Assembly: GCA_038109055.1 (NCBI GenBank)
Contig: JAYNIM010000004.1
Coordinates: 57,079 to 121,078 of the forward strand
Length of the DNA stretch: 64,000 nucleotides
Source: a bacterium
Lineage (GTDB): Bacteria > Margulisbacteria > Marinamargulisbacteria > GCA-2716485 > JAYNIM01
Reading direction: 5' to 3'
Shown here: one piece after another, positions 18,382 to 28,000 of the stretch
Position numbering within the stretch: the stretch's first letter is position 1
Layout of the letters: every line of letters starts with the position of its first letter
Notes under the pieces: generated by a model
The model's database searches: none
What the model was told of the DNA's origin: nothing
Seen by the model: the letters and a program-made list of their open reading frames with translations, nothing else
Position numbers and translations under genes: made by a program

Positions 18382-19727
18382 TGCAAGGCCTTTGCTTTTT
18401 CGATCAAGGCGTCGGCCTTTTCACTGCTCGTAGATTCTGCGAATAAACGGACAATTGGCTCTGTGTTCGAGGGTCTAACATGCAGCCACTCTTGTCCAAA
18501 ATCGATCTTGACGCCATCTTGGGTATTGATCGATTCTGTCGCAAAATGTCTGTTTATCGTTTCTAAAAATATCTCTACTTCTTCTTTTTTGCATAGCTGT
18601 ATTTTGTCTCTTTTTAGGATAAAACGGGGGTAGGTTTTGACTGTCTCAATCACGGACATTTTCGATTCTGCCAAATGTTTAAGCGCCACAACTATCCCCA
18701 ATAGACTGTCACGTCCCCAGCCCACTTTGGGATAAATAACGCCGCCATTGCCTTCGCCGCCCACCTGTGCCTGTTTGGCCTTGAGCCCAGCCACTACATT
18801 TGGTTCGCCTATTTTGCTGTGTGTGAGGGTAGCCTGATGCTTGTCGCAGATATAATCAATCACCTTTGAAGTCGATAAATTCACCACTACCTGTTTGTCT
18901 TTGGCTGTTTCGTGGCCCAGGAGATAATCCATGCAATAGGCCAAGGAATAATCTTCTCCTATAAAAGTACCGTCCCCAGCAATAATCACCAGTCGGTCTG
19001 CATCTGGATCTTGCACAAAGCCGATATCAAATCCACCTTTCTTTAAACGCTGACAAATAGCGCTTAGATTTTCTTTGATGGGTTCGGGTGTGTGCGAAAA
19101 GTTCCCATCTGCTTCGGGATACATGATGTCGTAGGCAACCCCTAAGCGATTAAATAACAGAGGGTCGGCGATCGCTCCTGTGCCATGATTGACATCTACT
19201 AGCACTCGTAAGGGTGATTCTTGGATGGAGCTGATATCAAAATGCGCGAGAATACGATCAATGTGGGTGTCTATGGCGTGATTATCTTGGCTGACGGTCC
19301 CCCTCTGTGATGTTGCTACCTCTTTGAAGGTTTTGTGTTGATAGTTTTCTAAGGTTTTGTCGTAGGCCTCCCCAACTAAAAAGGCCCCTTCACTGTTCAT
19401 TAATTTGATGCCATTCCACATAATCGGGTTATGTGATGCTGTAATGACCAGACCTCCATCTGCTTGATGATGACGAATCGCCTGTTGAACGGTAGGCGTT
19501 GGGCATTGTCCGATATCAATGACATTCAGGCCACAAGACTGTATCGCGTCTATAATAGCCTCTTTGAATCGCTGAAATGATTGACGTGTATCGCCCCCTA
19601 CAACAAGGGTTTTCTTTTGGCCCAGAACCGTCGCATAGGCCTTGGCAAATTCTGCGGCAACCTCCTCGGTTAAACTTTTGTCGACGATACCGCGCAATCC
19701 AGATAAAGAAATGATTAAGTCACTCAT
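18378..19727 (-). CDS. glmM: Phosphohexomutase (phosphoglucosamine mutase / PMM family)
   Basis: SGLRG, ITASHNP phosphoserine loop, QDPDADR, GGEGNGG, RPSNTEP. Substrate (GlcN vs Man) is not resolvable from sequence. Confidence 0.8.
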   Translation of the reverse strand: MSDLIISLSGLRGIVDKSLTEEVAAEFAKAYATVLGQKKTLVVGGDTRQSFQRFKEAIIDAIQSCGLNVIDIGQCPTPTVQQAIRHHQADGGLVITASHNPIMWNGIKLMNSEGAFLVGEAYDKTLENYQHKTFKEVATSQRGTVSQDNHAIDTHIDRILAHFDISSIQESPLRVLVDVNHGTGAIADPLLFNRLGVAYDIMYPEADGNFSHTPEPIKENLSAICQRLKKGGFDIGFVQDPDADRLVIIAGDGTFIGEDYSLAYCMDYLLGHETAKDKQVVVNLSTSKVIDYICDKHQATLTHSKIGEPNVVAGLKAKQAQVGGEGNGGVIYPKVGWGRDSLLGIVVALKHLAESKMSVIETVKTYPRFILKRDKIQLCKKEEVEIFLETINRHFATESINTQDGVKIDFGQEWLHVRPSNTEPIVRLFAESTSSEKADALIEKAKALQ

Positions 19728-19830
19728 GGCTCATGCTTTTTGTTTTGTTTTTGCTTCAGTATACTGCTGATGTCTGCAAATAGACAACCTGCGCCGCCTT
19801 ATTTTTTGTTGATCTCATGCTATACTTTGC

Positions 19831-20571
19831 ATGACGATGAAACTACTGCTATGTGTATGGTCCTGGTTTTTGGTGATTGGTTCTTTTGTCAGCCATGCAG
19901 TGCTTGCCCCTATACTGGCCATCTTTGCCAGAGACAAAGAGGCCTGTTACTACTGGAGTTGTCGGCCGTTTTTGGTCTGGAGTTTTCGCTTGGCGGGTAT
20001 CACATTGGACGTTCAGGGCCTGGAGCATATCCCTAAAAAAGGGCCCTTTGTGATTGTCTCTAATCATCAAAGTTTGCTTGATATTTGGATCCATATTGTG
20101 GCCCTGCCCATTAAAGTGGCGTTTTTTGCGAAAGAAGAGCTATTAAAAGTTCCTATTTTAGGGCGTGATATTCGTAAGCAGGGCCATTTTTATGTTGATC
20201 GTCGTAATCCTAGAAAAGCCAAAAAACAGATGGAGGGGGTGAAGGCACGTATCTTAGAGGGGCAATCTATTTTAATTTTTCCCGAAGGGACACGTTCGAT
20301 GGACGACCGTATAGCTTCTTTTAAACGAGGGGCTTTTCAGATTGCCCTAGAAACGGGTACTCGGATATTGCCCGTTTATCTGCAGGGCTCTGGCGCTGTA
20401 TTACGAAAAAACAGTTTCTGGATTCTTCCGGCGCCTATTTCTGTGCGTATTGGGCCGGTCATTATTCCAACGCTTCTCGATGATTCGCTGGCAAAATCTG
20501 CAAAAGCCTTGGCAGCGACTGCTGAAACGGCTGTAAAACGTTTGGCTCCCACCGCCCCTCCTCTCTCTTGA
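19831..20571 (+). CDS. plsC: 1-acyl-sn-glycerol-3-phosphate acyltransferase
   Basis: NHQSLLD, FPEGTRS, FKRGAF; start may be the ATG at 19837. Confidence 0.88.
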   Translation: MTMKLLLCVWSWFLVIGSFVSHAVLAPILAIFARDKEACYYWSCRPFLVWSFRLAGITLDVQGLEHIPKKGPFVIVSNHQSLLDIWIHIVALPIKVAFFAKEELLKVPILGRDIRKQGHFYVDRRNPRKAKKQMEGVKARILEGQSILIFPEGTRSMDDRIASFKRGAFQIALETGTRILPVYLQGSGAVLRKNSFWILPAPISVRIGPVIIPTLLDDSLAKSAKALAATAETAVKRLAPTAPPLS

Positions 20572-21329
20572 TGCCTCGCCCTGTCACCTTAATTACGGGG
20601 GCCTCGTCTGGCATTGGGTCCGCCTTGGCTCGGCTCGAAGCCCCCTCGTCACGCGTGGTTGTGATGGCGCGACGTCAGGACCGTTTAGAGGCACTGTGTC
20701 GCCAGCTTCATAGTCAGGGGCATGAGGCTTCGTTTGTGTGTGGGGATGTCACGGACTCTGCGGCCTGTCTTCAGGCCTTTGACTATACCTTGGCGACCTA
20801 TGGCCGCTTGGATCGGCTGATTATCAATGCAGGCATCGCTGATGCTGTCTTTGCCCAGGATTTTTCGCTGACACGTTTTGAAGAGATTCTTCGTACTAAT
20901 TTTTATGGGCTCTTGTATTTTCTCGAGCCGGTACTGCCCTATTTTTTAAAACAGAAACAGGGCCATCTTGTGGTGATTAGTAGTTTGGCGGCCTTTGTGT
21001 CTGTTCCGGGCTCTTCGGCTTATCATTGCAGCAAGGCGGCCATGCTGGGCCTGATGCATAGTTTGCGGCGAGAGTGCCGACCCTTGGGCATTGACTGCAG
21101 TATTATTTGTCCGGGTTTTATTCAGACCGCTATAACTGACAGAAACGACTTTCCTATGCCCTGTCTGCTCCCCTTGGCCTCGGCCGCTTCGACCATTCAT
21201 ACTGCTATCCAGCACAAAAAAGCGTTTTTGGCTTTTCCAAGGCGCCTGTATTGGCTGATTTTACTTTGTCGGCTCTTGCCCTTGTCTTGGCAAGACCGTC
21301 TTCTGCAGCGCCCCTACAAAAAAAAATAA
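20568..21329 (+). CDS. Short-chain dehydrogenase/reductase
   Basis: ITGASSGIG, INAGI, S and YxxSK catalytic residues, PGFIQT. Confidence 0.92.
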   Translation: MMPRPVTLITGASSGIGSALARLEAPSSRVVVMARRQDRLEALCRQLHSQGHEASFVCGDVTDSAACLQAFDYTLATYGRLDRLIINAGIADAVFAQDFSLTRFEEILRTNFYGLLYFLEPVLPYFLKQKQGHLVVISSLAAFVSVPGSSAYHCSKAAMLGLMHSLRRECRPLGIDCSIICPGFIQTAITDRNDFPMPCLLPLASAASTIHTAIQHKKAFLAFPRRLYWLILLCRLLPLSWQDRLLQRPYKKK

Positions 21330-21562
21330 GTACATTGTCATGCCAACCGCCTAAGCCTTGATTTAGGTCTTTGGGCTATATCTCCCCTTAAATTTGAAAT
21401 TATTTAAAAAAAGTTACGTAAACTATTTCAAATATACTTATTTAGTGATATATTTTTATGAATTATGAATAAATATGTAAAAAAAAATTCTCCATGTTTA
21501 ACTTCTGTTTGATATGGGTATAGGAAAAGTAATGACAAATAAATATGTATCTAGGAGATATA

Positions 21563-21712
21563 ATGAGCAGTAAATATTGGTGCAACGCTACTCGTTGTTT
21601 TGGTTTTTGTTCGGCTATTAGCGAAAAAATGGCTGGACCTCTGTTAAAGAGCCTGTCATGTTTCCCTGCCTTGTGTGGGGTTAAGGAGAGCGGTCATGCC
21701 TCAAGGACCTAA
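21563..21712 (+). CDS. Possible 49-aa Cys-rich small ORF / leader peptide
   Basis: AGGAGA at 21553-21558, ATG at 21563, MSSKYWCNATRCFGFCSAISEKMAGPLLKSLSCFPALCGVKESGHASRT; stop overlaps the next gene's start. Below the ORF-track cut-off. Confidence 0.3.
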   Translation: MSSKYWCNATRCFGFCSAISEKMAGPLLKSLSCFPALCGVKESGHASRT

Positions 21713-24700
21713 TTTTAGAGCTAATCGTACTGCAGCGGGGGACCTACATCAAAAAACTCCTATGACAGCTCGTAGACTGGCGTCTGACAATGGTAGCGTA
21801 CAAGCCGGAGACGCCATGGGTGGCGGTGGAATGCTACCGCCACCGCCTCCGCCTCAGTTAGAGGATGGGGTTAGCTTTGAGCATGTACCTCCCGGTAATT
21901 CTTATTCTAATGCTTTTAGTGGCCCTACTTCTACAACAGGATCTTTTGCAGATCCTTCCTCTACTACAGTTAGAGATCGTTATAGAGTTGGAGGTGGTCA
22001 TGTCGTTGAAGATGTTGGTATTGATGATAGACTCAGTCGTGAAGAAGCTGAATTAGTTGACTTAACAACAATTATTCATACCGAAGTTCAGAACGTGGTA
22101 AATATAGGTAATGATGCGACTATTGGGCATTCAGCTAGAGCATTAGTTACGATTTTACAGAATCTTTACCGTGATCCCGCTGTAATCTTTGGGGAAGAGG
22201 TAGAGATTTCGGGCCAGGACATGGATGATTTAATGAGGATTTTACAAAAAGCCTCTCAAGACCCTCATGCTAACCGTTTAGAGACCTTAGACGCAGTATC
22301 TATTCTATCAGATAAATGCCTCATCGGTTTTCACCAATGCAATGAGGATTCTTCGATACATCGTTCTAAATTAGATTGTCGACGTTATGCCTTGATGAAA
22401 ATTTCATCGCTGCTGTTTCAGATGTCTATGATTGCCTCGCAGGAACATAGTCTAGATTCATCTCCAGACCTATACGTTTCAGTGAAGACAGCCTTAACAA
22501 ATGTTCAGACCCTGATGTTCCATCATGTTGTTCCTTTTTCGGATAAGTGGGACAATAATACCTCTCTAATAAATCAGGCTACCGGTGGCGCAGACAAAAC
22601 TCGGGCCCAGTTTGCGGCTGTTGCTGAGTATTTTCACTATGACCCGCTCTATCCTCCCACTAACCCCCCCACCTATAATAAATTGCCACAAGGCTTTGAA
22701 AGATTCTTTTGTGTGGATAAAAGAGGAATCGGCTATCCTGAAACCGATTTGAGAGAAGTAAAGGCAGATCTTGATGCCCATTTACCCGCTAATAAAGACA
22801 ATCTCGATATGAACAATGAGTCGTTTCAGATACCCAACAGTTTCCCTGTAGATGAATTTAGAGTACTTGAAAGGCATTTATTTCCCAGCAAAGGTGTAGA
22901 TGGTGACTTTGTACCAAGTATCCTGATTGATAATAGTAATGGACCTGACCCAAACCAGGCTATCATGGCTCTCCCTCTCGCCCTTCATCCTCGCGATTAT
23001 GTACCGCCAGCAAGGGAATTGAGAGATTCATCCTCACGTTCTAGACATGGATCCACTACGCGTATGGCTACTCTAGGTGCTCCGGAAGGACCCGGGCCTG
23101 GATCTACTCGTCGTTCCTCATATGACCAGTCTTTTGACCCTCAACACCAACCAGGTCGACACGGCGGACGTCGTTTTAGAATGTTTGAAACAGATGACAT
23201 GGTACCATTTCGCAATCAAGGAGGGAATTCTGTAGGTTACTACTCCGAAGATCGTTCTACAATACCTCCGGTACCTGGCTTGCTTGGAAATTCCACAACA
23301 GTTCACGATGGAGCAACTCGTGCCGAACATCGTTCTGAACCTATGGTATTTGGCATGCCTAATCGTTCCTCATCAGTTGAATATGGAGCAACTTCTTCTT
23401 ACGTTCATACTGGGGCTACCTCCGATGCATTGGCGGGGAGGAGTAAGGCACCTGTAAATTCCGTTCAAATTATGGGCCGTCGGAAGGCAGTTGGGCAGCC
23501 ATCAGCAGTTAGTTTTGAACGTGATGATGCCTCTGTTAGCACTGATAGCACTGTATCTGAAGAACTTGAAGCTGAGGCACTAGAATCAGCAGGTAGTTAT
23601 GAACCTTATCATCCCTCAGTTAGTGGGGGTATGGAAAGGACTTACTCAACAGGTAGTCATGGCAGTGATGTCACTACATCTGACGACCTTGACGCTGCTG
23701 ATCAGGATCTATCTGATTTAAACTCGATCATCAGGGCTGCTAACGCAATTACGCCTCAAGACATAATGGGTGGCGTTTTAAGGTCTTTTGAGGCTGAGGT
23801 AAGGCGAGACTCGGCTAAACGTAGTTATGGTTCAGAAATCTATCAAAGATTATTCAATGACTTCTTTCACGATACTGTTGGTTCAACTGTTCAGAGTCTA
23901 GATGCCATTGCTGAAGATGAAGCTCAACTTGCGGCACTTAAAGAAGATTTTGGGATTGGTTCAGATGATAGCGTGTTGTCCGACTTAGATATGCATAAGA
24001 ACCTTTTTGATCTGATTTATTCCGACAAGGAACTTTTGGGTATGTTTGAGGAGTATGCTGTTCTTTTGCGTCCCTCTGCCCCAGCTACTTCTAAACAGGC
24101 CACACCACAGAAAATTCAGCAAATTCAAGCTGAAATTCTAACTAGGGTATATGACATTGCATTAGATTTTGAGATAGAGGTTGGGGAGAAGTATCTACAG
24201 GGGCTTGGTTTATGTCACGAAGAATTAACTAGGTTGAATGAGGAAACAGGTAGAACTATGGCTAGTCTTGAGTTAGTCAAGGCTGCGCAGTCCTCAGAAG
24301 GACAGACTCTCGCTTCATTTATTAACTCTAAAAAAGAAGAAAAGCAAGCTGAAGTGAAAGATCTTGAAGCAACACTTAAAGATCTTGAAGCAACACTTGA
24401 TGATCAAAATACGCTTTTGGAGAATGCTGAAAGTGATTTACACACTGCGCTTGATGCTATGGGGAGAGATTGGGAAGAGGTTGAAGCTACTGAAAGCGCT
24501 TTACTAGTTCAGACTCCTGCTATGGAGGAAGCTGTGAGTAAGGCTAAGGATAGTGCTGCTGATGCAGATCTGACTGCTGTTGCGGAGAGTGCTGTGACTA
24601 AGGTTAAGCTTACGTATGAGGCTATGAATGCGGCTCAGGCTAACCTTAATCAAGCGCGTAGACGTATTTTCAAACTGGAAGTTTCTTATGCTGAGGCTCT

Positions 24701-24950
24701 GTCTAACTACTATAAAACTCAACAAACCCTGTCCTTTGTAGAAAAGGAACGTGACACTTATACACAGCCTCCTAAGCTACCTGATGACCCTGCTGAACTC
24801 AAACCCGACCTATCCAGACTTAAACAAGAACAATACCTAAAAAGTCGTGAATTTGATGAAATTTTAGCGTCTATAAAGTTCCCTGTTGCGTCATTTTTCA
24901 TCAGGGAGATCCTCCGTAGATTAGGGGACGAAGAGGGTGAAGAGTATTAA
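21696..24950 (+). CDS. Large orphan protein A (~1084 aa): shared N-terminal domain, disordered middle, C-terminal coiled coil
   Basis: Long ORF; AAGGAG at 21683 favours ATG 21696; PPPPPP near the N-terminus; heptad repeat KDLEATL x2. Confidence 0.85.
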   Translation: MPQGPNFRANRTAAGDLHQKTPMTARRLASDNGSVQAGDAMGGGGMLPPPPPPQLEDGVSFEHVPPGNSYSNAFSGPTSTTGSFADPSSTTVRDRYRVGGGHVVEDVGIDDRLSREEAELVDLTTIIHTEVQNVVNIGNDATIGHSARALVTILQNLYRDPAVIFGEEVEISGQDMDDLMRILQKASQDPHANRLETLDAVSILSDKCLIGFHQCNEDSSIHRSKLDCRRYALMKISSLLFQMSMIASQEHSLDSSPDLYVSVKTALTNVQTLMFHHVVPFSDKWDNNTSLINQATGGADKTRAQFAAVAEYFHYDPLYPPTNPPTYNKLPQGFERFFCVDKRGIGYPETDLREVKADLDAHLPANKDNLDMNNESFQIPNSFPVDEFRVLERHLFPSKGVDGDFVPSILIDNSNGPDPNQAIMALPLALHPRDYVPPARELRDSSSRSRHGSTTRMATLGAPEGPGPGSTRRSSYDQSFDPQHQPGRHGGRRFRMFETDDMVPFRNQGGNSVGYYSEDRSTIPPVPGLLGNSTTVHDGATRAEHRSEPMVFGMPNRSSSVEYGATSSYVHTGATSDALAGRSKAPVNSVQIMGRRKAVGQPSAVSFERDDASVSTDSTVSEELEAEALESAGSYEPYHPSVSGGMERTYSTGSHGSDVTTSDDLDAADQDLSDLNSIIRAANAITPQDIMGGVLRSFEAEVRRDSAKRSYGSEIYQRLFNDFFHDTVGSTVQSLDAIAEDEAQLAALKEDFGIGSDDSVLSDLDMHKNLFDLIYSDKELLGMFEEYAVLLRPSAPATSKQATPQKIQQIQAEILTRVYDIALDFEIEVGEKYLQGLGLCHEELTRLNEETGRTMASLELVKAAQSSEGQTLASFINSKKEEKQAEVKDLEATLKDLEATLDDQNTLLENAESDLHTALDAMGRDWEEVEATESALLVQTPAMEEAVSKAKDSAADADLTAVAESAVTKVKLTYEAMNAAQANLNQARRRIFKLEVSYAEALSNYYKTQQTLSFVEKERDTYTQPPKLPDDPAELKPDLSRLKQEQYLKSREFDEILASIKFPVASFFIREILRRLGDEEGEEY

Positions 24951-25037
24951 TTCATAAACTAAAAATAGGGGGGGGGAAAACTATGTTTTATAATTTATTA
25001 TCGTTATTCTTGTGTTTCTCTTTAAGGGGTTTGTGTT

Positions 25038-28000
25038 ATGCCTGCTAGCTTAGGACCTGGTGGTTCCCATCTTTCCCCTCACCCAATGCTATTCTCGCCG
25101 CGTGCCGGGGTTTCTGCTGATTCTGGTCAAGTTGCTGATAGTTTAGCTGTGCTTGGTGCGCGTGACGGTTCTCCGACCGCCCCTGCTGCCCCTGCTCAGC
25201 TCCATTCTTCTGAGGGTTCTTTCATCGGCTCTGCTGCCCCTGCTCAGCCCCATTCTCTTGACAATTCTTTCATCGACTATGCTGCCCGTGCTTCTGAGAT
25301 CCATGATGCTGTTCAAAAATTGGTTGATTCGGATCATGTCTCTTTTTCTGACTCTGCAAATGTATTGCAAACTATTATAGAAACTGAGTTAGAGCACCCC
25401 TGTTTGTTTACTCAGCATGAACTTCAAGATCTTCCTAAACTTGACTCTGACATTAGTAATAATAGTCTCTCTACTATCGTAGATATTTCAAGTTTGTGTT
25501 GCGAAAGATTTGAGGCCTTGTCTTCGGTCTCTACCCTTGAGGCAGACTGTCAGCGTTATGCGCTTATGAAAATTGCGGGCCTACTCTTTCAGATGTCTCT
25601 TACTGCGTCGTGTACATACCCGCCCGATGATGAAATTAGGTTCGCTCAAATTCATACGCAGGCCTTGATATTTAGCTATGTTGTGCCTCATGTTAATCAG
25701 GCTCAAAACTATTCTCCAGATCATATATCTAGTCTATCTGCTGCCCTCCATGTTGATATTGCTGAGGAATATCTCGCTGTTAAGGCTTATTTTTCTGATC
25801 TACGTGATGAACCTGCGTCTGACCCGAGTCGTTTTAATGTGTTGGACAAGGGCTATTATTCTGGCTTTTATGTTAGTTTCCAAGAAGGGCCTTTCTGCTT
25901 AGGGTCTAACTATGTCAGTACAAGGGTAGACACAACTGACTCAACAATTCATGTTCAAACTCAATATGGAGTTGAGAGTTCTTTACCTATCACAGTTTCT
26001 GTTTTAGATATTGATTTAACTAATGCTTCTGATTCAACTGATCCTTCTGATTTTGAGCCTGATGATGACTGTGACATTACTCAACCTCCAATTCCTCCTA
26101 GGAACGAAGTATCTGATGTGGATGATGCTTCATATGAGGTCCCTCCTCTCCCTGAACGTTCGGAGGAAGAAACTGATGTGGATGATGACCATGCAATGTC
26201 ACAGAGATCGTACCGTTTGCCTGGTAATGCCTTTGAATCTACTGTTGCTCATACCGCGGGTGATCAAGCTGCGGATGATGGCGCTGGGTCTCCTAGGGTT
26301 TCTTCGGATGATGGAGCTGCGGGTGGTAGTCCTGTTTTGCCTCTTCGTGACCACAGGCCAACTTCTGCGGTTCAGTCTGATGCATCACCTCCTTCTGTTC
26401 GTCTCGCGGGTGGTGCGGATGATGGCGCTATGAGTCCTCCTGCTCCTTCCGCGAGTGTTGGAGCTCGGTCTCCATCTCCTCAGATGGCTGTTTCTGCTCG
26501 TCCCGCGAGTGTTGGAGCGGGGGGTGGTGGAGCTATGCGTCAGGCTTCGAATGAAGATGCTATGAGTCTTGGTGAAGCTGCGGATGTTGGCGCTCGGTCT
26601 TCTGGGGTTTATGAGGATGGTGTTAGGTCTCAGCCTCCTGTAGCACCTCATCGTTCTAGCCCTAGCTCTAGCATGTCTTCTGTAGATGCGGATCGTGAAG
26701 CTGCGGGTGCTAGTCTTAGGGCTTCTACACCCCTTCGTTCTGCTCGTTCTGCGAGTGTTGGAGCTGCGAATGATGACACTATGAGTCCTCCTACTCATCC
26801 TTTACGTGACTATGATCGTAATGAAGTTTTGAGTCAGGCTTCGAATGATGAGTCTATTGATGAGTCTATGAGTCTTGGTGGATCTGCGGATGTTGGCGCT
26901 CGGTCTTCTGGGGTTTATGAGGATGGTGTTAGGTCTCAGCCTCCTGTAGCACCTCATCGTTCTAGCCCTAGCTCTAGCATGTCTTCTGTAGATGCGGGTG
27001 GTGCAGCTGCGGGTGGTACGCCTAGGTTTAGATCTATCTCACCTCCTGCTCATCACGCGAGTCAGGTAGCTGCGGGTGGTGGAGCTGCGCGTGCTAGGCG
27101 TAGGGCTTCTACACCCCTTCGTTCTGCTCGTTCTGCGAGTGTTGGAGCTACTAGGGCTTCTACACCTCCTGCTCCTCCCATAGTTATGCATAGTGGATCT
27201 ACGGGTGATGGAGCTGCGGGTGGTGGATCTGCGAGTGCTAGGCGTAGGCCTACTACACCTCCTGCTCGTCCCGCGAGTCAGGTAGTTTTGGATTCTTCTA
27301 TTCAAGAGCTTAATCCTTCTTTTTCTGTTTCTGCGGGTGGTAGCGCTCGGTCTCTATCTCGTCCGAGGGCTGTTCCTTCTCATCACGCGAGTGTTGGAGC
27401 TGGGGCTTCTGGGGTTTCTGCGGATGATGGCGCTATGAGTCCTCCTGCTAGGGCTGCTGTTCGTAGAGCTGGGGGTTCCGAACCTGTGATAACTGACCTT
27501 GATTTCTTCAAACAATTGTATAAAGATATGGATTTGGATGACAAATTCAATTCCAATAGCCGTTGGGGCCGTTCTAAGGACCTTGCAGATAACCTTACAG
27601 AACTCCCTCTAGATCTTCGTCCCTTTATGTTTGCAAAGGTGTTGAGTGCTGCCCTTAGTAATCAGGTACATTCAGTAAAAGACACCTTCGTAGGATTACA
27701 CGCTGCGTTATCAACCATAGACTCTAAAAACGAACAATTAGATATCCTCTTGGCAATTAGGCCCTTACTGCATCAATTATTCGGTAATACTACCAAAGTG
27801 ACTGAGGCCCTTCGTCTATTGATTGAAACACATTTAACAAAAAACGCTCATTTTTCTTTTGATGGGAATGGTACAAATGATACTGGTAACTACACGGATA
27901 TAACAGCCTTTTACACGAGTCCAGCCTCCGAATTACCTCTTCATTTTCCCACTCCCCTAGAGTCCGATACTCTCTGCACCCGATTTTTTTATGCGTTACA

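Noticed and set aside
26561..27150. Repeats considered as a CRISPR array
   Set aside because: In-frame coding repeats of irregular length, no unique equal-length spacers, no cas genes.
26023..27305. Arg/Ser/Thr-rich and Leu/Met-rich ORFs in other frames
   Set aside because: Frame shadows of the repetitive, T-ending-codon region of protein B.
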